Virus record (IMG/VR): IMGVR_UViG_3300021511_000003
Span: 62,001-126,000 of that record
Strand: one strand, 5' to 3'
Length of the DNA: 64,000 nucleotides
In this document: piece after piece, positions 16,684 through 27,204 of the stretch
Numbering within the stretch: position 1 is the stretch's first letter
How the letters are laid out: each line of letters opens with the position of its first letter
Translations under genes and position numbers: made by a program
The notes under the pieces: model-generated
Databases searched by the model: none
The model's input: the letters and a program-made list of their open reading frames with translations, nothing else
Told to the model about the DNA's origin: nothing

Positions 16684-17421
16684 TTACAGTTCATTCAACA
16701 TTTTCTGAATTTCGGCATTTACGAAAGCATTACCTTGCAACCAAGGACGATCTTCTGGACCAGCGGATCCACCGGATATTCCGGTACCACCAGTTGCAAT
16801 TGATGTATCAGAGGCCTTGGCATATGAAAAACCAATACCCCATCCGAATGCTTCAATTTTACGATGGGCACCTTCAGCTTTAAATACAAGCACATTGGCA
16901 CCGTTTTGCATGGCTTTCAGAGCCATTGCTCCAACTAATTGTACTGAGTTGGTTTTCCCGTTTTTGGCAGTACCGTTGATAAAAGCGACATGCGTTCCGG
17001 TGTTTTTAATTCCCTTAATACGATCAGGGTCGATTACAAGCAGGATACGACGATCATTTTTTTCACGTCCATTAACGCATTTTTCGGGGTTCACTTCAGC
17101 ATATGTAATACGGGTCTCCCCCCATTTAGCCATATTTTCAAGGGCACCTTCGGAAAAGACTTTTCCAAATTCGAGAATGTTTTTGATTGTAACGAAATCG
17201 CCATCCGGAGTCGGTGTAGTGAACCATCCGGGTTGACCAGGAATCGGAACGGAACCGGCATTCGGGAAGGCACGGTCAGTAGCTTCGTATGTATTTATAC
17301 TGTGATCATCAATGGATGCAGTAACATCATCGACATTTGCTTCGGATGTTGTATCCGCCATTGCGGGTATATAAAATGCAACAAAAACAAGGCTCATCAT
17401 AATTACAATAATCTTTTTCAT
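16684..17421 (-). CDS. Secreted protein of unknown function
   Basis: Signal peptide MKKIIVIMMSLVFVAFYIPAMA; higher GC than its flanks. Confidence 0.75.
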   Translation of the reverse strand: MKKIIVIMMSLVFVAFYIPAMADTTSEANVDDVTASIDDHSINTYEATDRAFPNAGSVPIPGQPGWFTTPTPDGDFVTIKNILEFGKVFSEGALENMAKWGETRITYAEVNPEKCVNGREKNDRRILLVIDPDRIKGIKNTGTHVAFINGTAKNGKTNSVQLVGAMALKAMQNGANVLVFKAEGAHRKIEAFGWGIGFSYAKASDTSIATGGTGISGGSAGPEDRPWLQGNAFVNAEIQKMLNEL

Positions 17422-17474
17422 AAGATTTAATCTCCTTTTTCATTTGTATGATATTCGTTTTACAATTAGTAAGA

Positions 17475-17513
17475 ATAGAACCCTAAGATTAGAACTCTAT
17501 CTTAGAGTCCTAT
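17475..17513 (-). terminator. Long intergenic hairpin (terminator or mRNA-stabilising)
   Basis: ATAGGACTCTAAGAT/ATCTTAGGGTTCTAT pairs fully only on the minus strand (G-U pairs). Confidence 0.6.
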
Positions 17514-17539
17514 CTTTTAATAATTATCGTTAATGATTA

Positions 17540-18556
17540 TTAGTTCCCTCCTACAACGCCATTGGCAGTTGCATGTGAAGAACCGGAAACGGAAACGTGG
17601 CTTCTGTCATTATGAACACCGATGTCGGCATTCAGAGTGGCATTACCGGATCCGTGAGTTCCACCAACAAAACTGAAGTTAGAAGCTCCACCTGCATAAG
17701 TTCCACCACGAGCAATGACTCCACCAACTCCACCACTACCCTGAACTATGCTGTACTGCATACCATGAGAAGCAAAGGTATTGGCTTCGGTATATGTACG
17801 GGCACTGATACTACGATGTGAACCATAAAAGTCACCGGTTACCATTGTATGACCTTCGACATTGGCACCACCATTGATCCAGTTGATATCTCTTACATAC
17901 CCACGACCACTTTCATAATCATAGTCGGAAGCATAAAACTCTCCCATGGAACCATTTCCACCACCAACCCATGAACCACTTGGATAACCCTCTTCCATTG
18001 CGTTGTGATACTGACTTACCATACCACCAACATAGACGGTGCCTTGAACAACTTCACGATTACCACATTTACCAGAGGCTATACCCCAAGTGTCAGCTTC
18101 ACCATAAAAAGAGGCACCGGCACCGGCACGAGATGTTCTGCTGTAATGATCATTGGTGTATGACCATGCATCAGAATGACTTGTAGCATTCATTCCGCCT
18201 GATTGATCGGCAGGATTGTCAATAAGATCATAACGAGGGACTGGAATCCAGATTCCACAACAAATATGTACCCAACTGGTTCCAACATATTGCAGAGATT
18301 GACCAGCAGCGTTAGCATATGTGGAAACATCCCCACCTGCATAACCTCTGGCAGATGAGTGGGCATCGTCATTATAAGCTCCCGGGTAACCGGAATAGGA
18401 ATTGGAGTTATCATTAGATGGTGCTTCACCGTAGTAATAACCGGTAGCGGTCAAAGGGCCTTCACCTGGAGGGCAATTTCCGCCTGGGCATGCCATAACA
18501 CTACCAACTGCAATTAACGTAATCATAATAAATGCAATAAACAATTTTTTAAACAT
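17540..18556 (-). CDS. Secreted Gly/Ser/Tyr-rich protein
   Basis: Signal peptide ending VMA; low-complexity beta-type composition; GC-rich codons. Confidence 0.75.
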   Translation of the reverse strand: MFKKLFIAFIMITLIAVGSVMACPGGNCPPGEGPLTATGYYYGEAPSNDNSNSYSGYPGAYNDDAHSSARGYAGGDVSTYANAAGQSLQYVGTSWVHICCGIWIPVPRYDLIDNPADQSGGMNATSHSDAWSYTNDHYSRTSRAGAGASFYGEADTWGIASGKCGNREVVQGTVYVGGMVSQYHNAMEEGYPSGSWVGGGNGSMGEFYASDYDYESGRGYVRDINWINGGANVEGHTMVTGDFYGSHRSISARTYTEANTFASHGMQYSIVQGSGGVGGVIARGGTYAGGASNFSFVGGTHGSGNATLNADIGVHNDRSHVSVSGSSHATANGVVGGN

Positions 18557-18609
18557 AATTCAATTCTCCTTTTTCACATGTGATAAAATTAATTAAAATA
18601 GTACGGGTG

Positions 18610-18870
18610 TTATTTAGATATATCTTTTTCTTCTTCAACTTTCAACTTCTGTTGCTCGACGTTTTGCTCTTTTGACGCCAATGGAACAATAACAGCTTGT
18701 TGACCATCTCGAGAAGTGATAACTCTGCTATCTGCCTTTTGTTGTTCGACGGCAGCAAGTTTAAAGGTGTCATAATATCCAATATGTTTATAATTGGATT
18801 CAAGTGCAAAAGCAGGAGCAGTGACCATCAAACACATCAATAAAACAATTAGTATCGATATTATTTTCAT
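18610..18870 (-). CDS. Small secreted protein
   Basis: Signal peptide ending AFA; SD AAGGAG. Confidence 0.7.
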   Translation of the reverse strand: MKIISILIVLLMCLMVTAPAFALESNYKHIGYYDTFKLAAVEQQKADSRVITSRDGQQAVIVPLASKEQNVEQQKLKVEEEKDISK

Positions 18871-18907
18871 TTAAAGTTTCGCTCCTTTTAAAAATGTTTT
18901 AAGTAAT

Positions 18908-19450
18908 TTATTTCTTGTTGTTTATCCCCCTCCTTTCATACTGAAATGGACCAATTATGAAAACTTCAATTCCACCTGATTGAACTGAACCATAAAACAT
19001 GATATTTTCATTATCCTGTTTTATCGGTAAATCAATCGTATAATGCCTATATATTAAATCACTAATTGCCAATCCATTATTTATAAAATCTTCTTTATGG
19101 CTTTTCATTTTTGATTTAATACTATAGTTGATTGAATATTCAACCAAGTTTGGATTGTAGATTTCCATAGTTACCATCACTTTAACAATGTCTTTATTTA
19201 TTACTTGAAGTTTATCCATTGATAAAGTATGTGGGATAAAAATACTTGTCCCGTCTTTGTCAATAACAGTTGAAAAACCAGTGAACCAAAATGTAACCAT
19301 CATATTTGTTTCACCAGATACATCTTTAAGAACGTAGTTCGGATTTGCTATTGGTCTTCCACTATTTAAACGAATGTTATAAACAGGGGCAGCACATGAT
19401 ACCAAAAATATAAGTAACATGACTGGTAACATAAATTTAATTTTTTTCAT
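18908..19450 (-). CDS. Putative lipoprotein
   Basis: Lipobox LVSC. Confidence 0.7.
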   Translation of the reverse strand: MKKIKFMLPVMLLIFLVSCAAPVYNIRLNSGRPIANPNYVLKDVSGETNMMVTFWFTGFSTVIDKDGTSIFIPHTLSMDKLQVINKDIVKVMVTMEIYNPNLVEYSINYSIKSKMKSHKEDFINNGLAISDLIYRHYTIDLPIKQDNENIMFYGSVQSGGIEVFIIGPFQYERRGINNKK

Positions 19451-19531
19451 AACTTTTCCCTTCTATAATAAAAAATATTTAATTTAATTTCTCAAAAATA
19501 AACGTACAATATACAATTATTTTTATTAGTT

Positions 19532-19545
19532 ATTAATATATATAG
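19532..19545 (-). promoter_or_regulatory. Class A promoter motif
   Basis: CTATATATATTAAT upstream of the exported-protein cluster. Confidence 0.6.
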
Positions 19546-19568
19546 GTATATGAGTTATAAATAAAAAA

Positions 19569-20465
19569 TTATATTTGGAATGATAGAAGTTCTTTTAAAG
19601 TTATTGATGATGATGAACCTTTAGAACGATTTTGATATGTAGGTATTACTTGTAGATTTTTATGATGGGCTATTAATTTAGGTGTTACTTTATTTATAAA
19701 ACCATTATATATTGAATATTTATGATCCAGTTCATATTGATTTTTTATTCCTCTTAATTCAATATGTTTGATTTTATATTTTTTTAAGGTTTTTCTAGTT
19801 TCTTTATATACTTTGAAAATATATTCTTTAAACATAGATGATTGTTCCGGATTAATTTGTCTACCAAAATATTTACATTTATTTTTACATTCATTTGAAC
19901 AATAGAAATATCCATTTGATTTTCCAGTTTTAAGAGATCTCAAACGTTCAGTCAATTGTATTCTATTAGGTATAAATTTTATATTACAATATTTACATCT
20001 TACAAATATAGTAGTACCAATAAATTCTGGGGTTTCGATTTCAAAAAATAAAGGATGCCTATATTTATATTCTTCTTTTGTTAATAAATGAGATTTTCTA
20101 ATTTTTTCTATGGTATTTTTTGAATATATTCCAGTTTCTCCTTTATTCCAAGGAACGGAACCTGTTTTAATTTTAGTAAAATGTTTACTTCTTACTTTTC
20201 TTAGTTCATTACCTTTTTTTTCACCATAGATTTCTTCATATGTTTTACCTTTTGTTGATTTGGTACATCTCATCTTTTTTAGTGTTTCATTAGAATATAT
20301 CCCGCTTTTTCCTTTATTCCAGGGTGTTCTATTATACATAGGATTATTCTTACCAGACCGTGTTTTTTTTATTTTTGGACACTTAGAAAAATGTTTTGAA
20401 CAACACCACTTACCATTTATAAATTGATGTTTAGCTTCTTGTCCACAACCAAAGTCGCATAACAT
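19569..20465 (-). CDS. Homing endonuclease, NUMOD3-like repeats plus HNH (ELDH..S...HHKNL variant)
   Basis: Family N-terminus CDFGCGQEA..GKWCCS; PWNKG repeats; YFYCS. Confidence 0.8.
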   Translation of the reverse strand: MLCDFGCGQEAKHQFINGKWCCSKHFSKCPKIKKTRSGKNNPMYNRTPWNKGKSGIYSNETLKKMRCTKSTKGKTYEEIYGEKKGNELRKVRSKHFTKIKTGSVPWNKGETGIYSKNTIEKIRKSHLLTKEEYKYRHPLFFEIETPEFIGTTIFVRCKYCNIKFIPNRIQLTERLRSLKTGKSNGYFYCSNECKNKCKYFGRQINPEQSSMFKEYIFKVYKETRKTLKKYKIKHIELRGIKNQYELDHKYSIYNGFINKVTPKLIAHHKNLQVIPTYQNRSKGSSSSITLKELLSFQI

Positions 20466-20986
20466 TATTTGATAATATACCGTCTGATTTGTGATATTAA
20501 ACGATCCATATCTATGAAATCACCAGGACATGATAACTCCGTATTAGATGATACATCTCTATGGAATTTAACTTTGGTAGGAGAAATACCAAAATGATTT
20601 AACATAGGATTTATTAGCCTATATGCCAAAATTTGATACAGACGATTTGGTGGAATTTTGAAATCGTAATCGCCCAAAATTCCTATATGTATGGCTCTAT
20701 TATTAATGTTTGGATTAATATCTTCCCAATCACATAAATAAACAAACGGACGACATGTAATAACAGTATAATCACTTTTTATCATATCAATTACATAATG
20801 ATAATTTACATCACCCTGTTTTTTCTCAAGTACACCTTTAAATAATCCTGATACCTGATATTTCGGGTTATCAATTTTTGACTCAGGATTCTCATACATT
20901 TCTGCTGTATGGTGTAAAATTATCCATTTAACACTTTGTCTTCTTCGTTTTAACATTGAAGGTCTTAAAGGTATTCTTGTTGGCAT
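20465..20986 (-). CDS. N-acetylmuramoyl-L-alanine amidase (Amidase_2)
   Basis: IILHHT, YHYVI, FHRD....SCPG. Confidence 0.8.
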   Translation of the reverse strand: MPTRIPLRPSMLKRRRQSVKWIILHHTAEMYENPESKIDNPKYQVSGLFKGVLEKKQGDVNYHYVIDMIKSDYTVITCRPFVYLCDWEDINPNINNRAIHIGILGDYDFKIPPNRLYQILAYRLINPMLNHFGISPTKVKFHRDVSSNTELSCPGDFIDMDRLISQIRRYIIK

Positions 20987-20997
20987 ATTTATTTCCT

Positions 20998-21294
20998 CTA
21001 AAGAGTATTATGAATTGGATTCCCTGTTACAAGTTGTCCAATTGTGCATCCAGTAACACGTCTTGATATACTAGATTTTCCTCTACCATTCGTAAAATTT
21101 GTTAGGCTTGCTGTTATAATTTTACCAGGATGACCACAAGTACCAATAACAATATCAAATAATCTTGTAACTTGAAAAGAAGATGAAATATGGTTTGGGC
21201 TTCCGGTTACTACTGGACCACTCATTGGTACACAACCAGAATGACAACAACAAACTCCCATCCATATATCTCCAATACGCGATATATTCAACAT
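20998..21294 (-). CDS. PAAR-like spike tip protein
   Basis: RIGD, CCCH, GPVVTGS, CGHPGKI pattern; close to the gp5-like gene. Confidence 0.7.
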   Translation of the reverse strand: MLNISRIGDIWMGVCCCHSGCVPMSGPVVTGSPNHISSSFQVTRLFDIVIGTCGHPGKIITASLTNFTNGRGKSSISRRVTGCTIGQLVTGNPIHNTL

Positions 21295-22271
21295 TATTCA
21301 TAATCCTCAAAAATATCTAAAGAGTTATTAATTTTTTCTTTATTTTCTATTAGTAATTTTTTTGCATCAACTAATGCATTACGACTTGGTAATAACCCAT
21401 ATGTTGCACCAGTTGTGTATTCTCTTGTTAGATAATCTATTGTAAATTCAAATTTTTCAATTAACCTAAGTATATATGGATCATTATCAAAATTTACATT
21501 TAGACTATAAACTATATGGTTAAACTCATCCTTAAAAACCCAATCAGTTATATTTGTGCTGATTATATTTACAGCATCATCAAATGTACCCACCAATCCA
21601 GAAATGTCTTGTCCATAATAATTCTTATTATTAATGTATATTTCTTTTACATGGATGAAAGATGTCGAACCTATTGAGGTTGAATCTAAACCAAATGATA
21701 TATAACCATCACCAGGATCTTCATCAATATTAGATGGATTATATCTCATGACCTGATCTTCGAGATCTGTTACTGAAACAACTGCTTCTGAAGTTGTATC
21801 CGTAGTTATTGTACCATGAACATTAGTTTTAATTATTGAAATATTAACAGTTTCATCTTTTACAAAATCATCAAAAGAGTCGCCTGATGAAGAATCGAAT
21901 TCTACACTTAACTTTTTATATTTTCTATCGGGTATATCTTCTTTGGTTGTATCAGATATCAAATATTGACTCCAAACTGTTGCATTCGTACCATCATATG
22001 TTATTTTTAAAGTTGTTCGTTTAGGTGGTCCATAATTCAAACCAAATGAAATATGGTCTGCTGAAAGAGATATTTTTAATACAGGGAGTTTTGTATTTAT
22101 TAAATATTCTGTCATCTCCCTTTCGACTACAGCACATATATCATTTGTTAAAGCATCAATTTGAGTATCAAGTTCTTTTATTTGATTTTCAATTACGTCG
22201 AGACTTGTATTTAAATTATCAACGTGTAATGGGATGTCTTCTCTCATATATCCCACAACATTTTTAGTCAT
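21294..22271 (-). CDS. Hypothetical virion protein
   Basis: 325-aa ORF in the baseplate cluster. Confidence 0.6.
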   Translation of the reverse strand: MTKNVVGYMREDIPLHVDNLNTSLDVIENQIKELDTQIDALTNDICAVVEREMTEYLINTKLPVLKISLSADHISFGLNYGPPKRTTLKITYDGTNATVWSQYLISDTTKEDIPDRKYKKLSVEFDSSSGDSFDDFVKDETVNISIIKTNVHGTITTDTTSEAVVSVTDLEDQVMRYNPSNIDEDPGDGYISFGLDSTSIGSTSFIHVKEIYINNKNYYGQDISGLVGTFDDAVNIISTNITDWVFKDEFNHIVYSLNVNFDNDPYILRLIEKFEFTIDYLTREYTTGATYGLLPSRNALVDAKKLLIENKEKINNSLDIFEDYE

Positions 22272-22289
22272 TATAATCTCCTTTCAATA

Positions 22290-23057
22290 TTAAAAAAAAC
22301 CTGATTTTGTTAATTTTTTAACTTCTGCAACACTTTTAGTTATTGCATCTATAGCTCCTGTTTTTACATCAATAACTCCATTAAGTGCTGTTGTAAACTT
22401 TTGTTGATTCTCATAAGGCAGTGCAATATCATTAAACATCTGTTCGTAGTCAAATTTACCATAATTGATAGATAATGGATCACTAACTATTCCTGTTTGA
22501 TCATATAAGGAATTTGTTTGATCTGTATAATTAGAGGCTATAGAAATATATTCAGGATCCTTAGCAGCACAAATCAATGATACACATTCAATAAGTTCAT
22601 CTGCTTGGCTTAATGAACCACCCATATTATTTCCACCAGGGATTCCAATACCACCAAACATATCATTAAGTAAACTTCCCAATCTTGCAGCACCAAATTC
22701 AGGAATACCAATACTTTGAATTAAGTTATCTATTTTATCAAACACACCAGTAATACAACCAAGAATATTTGATATAGGAGATAATTGATTTAAATAACTA
22801 CAGTTATCTAGAATGTTTTTCATCGCTTTCATATCATCCACCGAATCTCCTGGATAAAGATTACCCGCTGATGTCTTCATTGAAGTAACTCCATTTTGTA
22901 CATCTTCAATATCAGGAGAAAATACCATATTCATTAAAGTATGCTTCAAGTTTCGTGCAGTTTCTTTTGCTTGACTTAAACCTAGATCTACTGGACCAAG
23001 AAGTGAATTAAAATCAGATGTCATTTTATTACACAAAGCTCGTTCTGTAGGTAACAT
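22290..23057 (-). CDS. Hypothetical virion/baseplate protein
   Basis: Translationally coupled to the gp5-like gene. Confidence 0.6.
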   Translation of the reverse strand: MLPTERALCNKMTSDFNSLLGPVDLGLSQAKETARNLKHTLMNMVFSPDIEDVQNGVTSMKTSAGNLYPGDSVDDMKAMKNILDNCSYLNQLSPISNILGCITGVFDKIDNLIQSIGIPEFGAARLGSLLNDMFGGIGIPGGNNMGGSLSQADELIECVSLICAAKDPEYISIASNYTDQTNSLYDQTGIVSDPLSINYGKFDYEQMFNDIALPYENQQKFTTALNGVIDVKTGAIDAITKSVAEVKKLTKSGFF

Positions 23058-24004
23058 TATGTGTCCCTCTCACCTTTTGGGTCTGTTTTAATAGCTGAAG
23101 TTGCAGATAATGCTGGTCCTGCTGCCCCACTTTGCTCAACTATATTACTTGCATCATGATTCATATTCCCACCAGCACGACCATTTATTATATTTGATGC
23201 CTGATAATTTAAATTACTATTACTTAATATATTAGTATCTTCTCCTGACTCGTGATTCATTTTAGCATTTGCTTTAACATCTATATTACCAGCTTCTGCT
23301 GTTACTTTTATATCCCCAGTTGTAGAGACAATATCTATATCACCATTACATGTTAATTTAAAATTTTCATCAGTTTTTATCAAAATATCACTTTTAAAAT
23401 ATGCCTGTAATTTTTGTTCGTCAATATCAATATGTAAAAAATCACCCTTATAAGTTCTGATTAAAATCTTTTCTTTTCCTTCACGTTCATCAAAAAGTAT
23501 TGTTGTTTGATTACCATCAATAATATATACAGAACTTGTGTCTCCTGTAGGTGGAGAGTTAAGTTGCCTCTTTTTACCTGTTATTTCAGTTCTAGCATCA
23601 GATGCATCATCTGAAATAACAATGGCTCTACCTTCATGAGTTTTTAATAAAGTCCATTTATCTTGATAATTTGAACCCAATTGATTCTCTGGTAATACTT
23701 TAGTATTTTGTAAATCTAGAGCACCAAAGTAATATGGTGAATTTATATTACCGCCCTCAAAGAATACAAACAACCACGAACCTTTTTTAGGAATGAATGA
23801 TGATCCCATATAATGATGGTCACTATCACATTCCATATTTCGACCACCAACTGGGTTATTAGCAGGACGTGCCCACAATCCTTTTTTTTCTTCAACTTCA
23901 GGCATCAAGTCGGGAATCCACACTTTAACTCTTCCAAATTTTTTTTTATCTTTATTATTGACAACCTTAGCTCTCCAGTTGCCGTAGATTGCCCCTCTTT
24001 CCAT
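23057..24004 (-). CDS. Baseplate hub/spike, gp5/VgrG OB-fold plus beta-helix
   Basis: RAKVVNNKD...GRVKVWIP, WARP, P.KGSWLFVFFEGG..N.PYYFG. Confidence 0.85.
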   Translation of the reverse strand: MERGAIYGNWRAKVVNNKDKKKFGRVKVWIPDLMPEVEEKKGLWARPANNPVGGRNMECDSDHHYMGSSFIPKKGSWLFVFFEGGNINSPYYFGALDLQNTKVLPENQLGSNYQDKWTLLKTHEGRAIVISDDASDARTEITGKKRQLNSPPTGDTSSVYIIDGNQTTILFDEREGKEKILIRTYKGDFLHIDIDEQKLQAYFKSDILIKTDENFKLTCNGDIDIVSTTGDIKVTAEAGNIDVKANAKMNHESGEDTNILSNSNLNYQASNIINGRAGGNMNHDASNIVEQSGAAGPALSATSAIKTDPKGERDT

Positions 24005-24018
24005 TTATTAGATATCCT

Positions 24019-25293
24019 TTATCCTTTTGGAGTTAATTTTTTAATCCAGAATTTTTTTGCAGTAGTTATTCTAAAGTTAGCTGGCTTCCATGTTTCTTGA
24101 TCTTTTAATATATTTTCAACCCTCTTTTTTACTGGCGGGTGTTCATCAAATACTTCATTTATTTTATTTACTAGTTTACATACTTTACCACAAGGTCTTT
24201 TTGACTGTTGTTTTTTGACCCATTTATCTATTTTTTGCAAAGCTGATATTAGCTCTTTACCATACCCATATTTCGATGCAGTAGTATCAGCATGTTTTTC
24301 TGCTCTTCTATCAAGAGTCATTGCAAATATAGTATCTGTAAGACCATAATTTTTCGCCATCATTAACAAGAAATACACCATAGGTATAACAATCGGCGCT
24401 GCTGGTGAGGTAGATACAATACCAATAATCATAAGCATAAATGCATTGTCAGCAAAAATGTGCTTCCATGCATCTCTATTTTGAATATGACCAACTTCAT
24501 GTAACATAATTGCCATAACTTCTTTTTCATTTAACTTTTGTATTAAGCCTGAATGAAGAAATATTTTCGGAGTTGCTAAACAAAATGCATTTGGTGTAGA
24601 ATCCCTAATTACATATACTCGCCATTGCCTTCCATCTTTTAAAACGTTATTTAAGTTTCGTTCTAATTTTTTATTTCGTTTACATAATACAATAAAAAAA
24701 GCTAACGATCCAAATAACATAGATATTGTTATAGCCAATGAAATAAGCATATGCTTAAATACAGGATTTGTATTTTCCTTAAACGCTTCTTCTAATTTTT
24801 TACTATTCTTAGTACGAAAATAAACATTAACAGGTATTTCACGAGTGGTTATTGATTTTTGTGTTGCCCAATATGGATCAGATCTTATCACTATAATTGC
24901 ATTATTATTGAATGGGCTAAGTTGTAGTTTTCTAATTATAACTGTAGCGGAATATGCTTCAAAGGTACAGGTTCCCTTACTAATAATTTTCATTGATTGA
25001 AATATTTTCTGAGCTTTCATACCATAAAATATTTTAGTATTAACCGAAGTATTAACTTTAGTCAATTTTTTAATATCAGAGGTTTTATCAAAAACTACCG
25101 CTATTGGCATACCAAAACGAAGAAGTGTGTTAAACTGTCCTCTATTTTGATCTATCTTTTTTTTATTATCAATAAAAAGTACATAATTCCCATTATTAAG
25201 ACCACCTATTATCTTACCAAATATAGCACTACCAGGTATTTTTTGACTCAATGTATTTATTTCTTGAATATAATTTAAATAATCATCTAACAT
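24019..25293 (-). CDS. M48-family zinc metallopeptidase
   Basis: PNAF, HEVGH, EKHAD, HP..KRV, transmembrane segments. Confidence 0.85.
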   Translation of the reverse strand: MLDDYLNYIQEINTLSQKIPGSAIFGKIIGGLNNGNYVLFIDNKKKIDQNRGQFNTLLRFGMPIAVVFDKTSDIKKLTKVNTSVNTKIFYGMKAQKIFQSMKIISKGTCTFEAYSATVIIRKLQLSPFNNNAIIVIRSDPYWATQKSITTREIPVNVYFRTKNSKKLEEAFKENTNPVFKHMLISLAITISMLFGSLAFFIVLCKRNKKLERNLNNVLKDGRQWRVYVIRDSTPNAFCLATPKIFLHSGLIQKLNEKEVMAIMLHEVGHIQNRDAWKHIFADNAFMLMIIGIVSTSPAAPIVIPMVYFLLMMAKNYGLTDTIFAMTLDRRAEKHADTTASKYGYGKELISALQKIDKWVKKQQSKRPCGKVCKLVNKINEVFDEHPPVKKRVENILKDQETWKPANFRITTAKKFWIKKLTPKG

Positions 25294-25298
25294 AATAT

Positions 25299-26198
25299 TT
25301 ATCCTCTTTTGAAAATAGTCTTTGCTATTTCAAGAATCCTATTAAAATCTCTTTCATTATATTTGTAAAGATATGTAGATACTACATTACTTCCTTTAAT
25401 ATCCGATGTTGCTATAGTTGCTATAAATCTTGAACAATCTTCTAATGCTGGTAAAAAATTAAAACCAAATTGTCTTAGTATTCTTGCTGTAAATTGATGT
25501 TTATTTAGATTTGGCATAACTCCAATTTCAGATAAGGATGCTATAAAATCATTTATATTTTTAAAATCATATTTCTTTAACTTATCAACTACTGGTCTAT
25601 ATTCAAAAGCAGCAGCTGCGGCAGCTCGTTTATATGCTTTAACATTACTCATTCCAAAAAATGAAGATAATATATATAGATTAGTTAAAAATTTTAACTT
25701 ATTTATTTCAGATGAAAAACTTCCTAAAAGTCCATACTCTTTTCCAAACATTCTCAAAAGAATACTAACAAAATAATTTGAGATTGGTGATGAATATTTA
25801 TCTGTTATTTTAAACTTACCTGTAATTAATTCTGAAAAAACAATTGAATATACCATAAGTGCATATAAATTTTGTGGGCCAGGTTTTGTTGATAATACAT
25901 CATCAATACCAAATGGACTTAGATTTATTAATTGCTCATTAGTTGATTTATTAAATGAAACAGGTAAACTATATGTAGGATATACAATAATATTTAGTTG
26001 TTTTCTTTCTTTAATATTAGAAATAAAATTAAACACACCATCTTTTGTATAATGGTTTATTCTACTTTTCATCAATTCAAGAACAACGAATACTTTACGA
26101 GGACCGTTTTCAATTCTCATATTCTTTATTTTAGATGATGGAAGTTTTAATATATTATCCACCCCTTTTAGAAGATCAAACTTTTCTTTAACAATCAT
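25299..26198 (-). CDS. Hypothetical protein
   Basis: 299-aa ORF in an operon. Confidence 0.7.
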   Translation of the reverse strand: MIVKEKFDLLKGVDNILKLPSSKIKNMRIENGPRKVFVVLELMKSRINHYTKDGVFNFISNIKERKQLNIIVYPTYSLPVSFNKSTNEQLINLSPFGIDDVLSTKPGPQNLYALMVYSIVFSELITGKFKITDKYSSPISNYFVSILLRMFGKEYGLLGSFSSEINKLKFLTNLYILSSFFGMSNVKAYKRAAAAAAFEYRPVVDKLKKYDFKNINDFIASLSEIGVMPNLNKHQFTARILRQFGFNFLPALEDCSRFIATIATSDIKGSNVVSTYLYKYNERDFNRILEIAKTIFKRG

Positions 26199-26210
26199 AT
26201 TTTTATCCTA

Positions 26211-26603
26211 TTACCAATTAACCTCTATTAGGTCATCTGTTTTTTGAATTGGGAATCTATCTTTTAACATTTCAACAACAGCAGAAAAAGATGGAACAAT
26301 AACTGTATGAAGGTCAAAATCTTCGAGGGATGGAACTGTATTTACATACATGATCATATGTGCTAATGATACTGTCCCATATTCATCAAAACTTAAATAA
26401 TCAGGTCTCATTAAATATTGACGTTCAAATAGGCGTTGTTCTGAGTGTTTAAGAAGAAAATACAAATTTTTATCAATAGTTTCGAGAGTAGGTGAAGGAA
26501 ATGTAAATAAGTGATTTGCAGTTTTATACCTATTACCGGCAAAATTAATATCAATTGATATACGAGATCGTTGTCTACTTTCTTGATCAATTGTAATAGC
26601 CAT
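26211..26603 (-). CDS. Baseplate wedge gp53-like / LysM-like protein
   Basis: RPDYLSFDEYG...IMYVN pattern. Confidence 0.55.
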   Translation of the reverse strand: MAITIDQESRQRSRISIDINFAGNRYKTANHLFTFPSPTLETIDKNLYFLLKHSEQRLFERQYLMRPDYLSFDEYGTVSLAHMIMYVNTVPSLEDFDLHTVIVPSFSAVVEMLKDRFPIQKTDDLIEVNW

Positions 26604-26604
26604 A

Positions 26605-27204
26605 TTATTTGATCACCTTGAGATTTTCTTTTTTACTATCAATAAACAACTCAATAATTGATTTTGTTATATAAATAAAAATAGCAGCAGCTATAAACAT
26701 TATACCAGTGGCTGTTAAAATAGTCGATAAATAAAAAGTTGTAGTAAGGAAAAATTCTACAAGCCATGCAAGTCCTATAATATTTATTCCTTTACCAACC
26801 ATATCTTTTTTTGATAACTTTATCAATAGATCATCAATTTTTTGTAATGAACTTTGTGTTTTTTCTTTGATATCAGGATCTTTAGTATCATTGTTGATTT
26901 TTAATAAAGAGGCTCTTCCCAATACCAATGATTGTTTTATTTTTTCAGGACATTTTTTAATCTTTTGTTCAACTACTTTTTCACTGTCTTTATATTCTTT
27001 AGCAAACTTTCGTCTTGCAATAGGAAGTATTTCCGATATTGGTATATCTTTTAAAGAACCAAATACTCTATTAATAGCTAATATATTACCACTTTTTGAT
27101 TGTTTGACTATTTCGGAAGCCTTTGATTTAATTCCACCAAAATTTAATTCATGTAAAATATAGAAACTATTTAAATGCTCATTAATAATATCTAATCTTT
27201 TCAT
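26605..27204 (-). CDS. Hypothetical membrane protein
   Basis: Two C-terminal hydrophobic segments. Confidence 0.65.
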   Translation of the reverse strand: MKRLDIINEHLNSFYILHELNFGGIKSKASEIVKQSKSGNILAINRVFGSLKDIPISEILPIARRKFAKEYKDSEKVVEQKIKKCPEKIKQSLVLGRASLLKINNDTKDPDIKEKTQSSLQKIDDLLIKLSKKDMVGKGINIIGLAWLVEFFLTTTFYLSTILTATGIMFIAAAIFIYITKSIIELFIDSKKENLKVIK

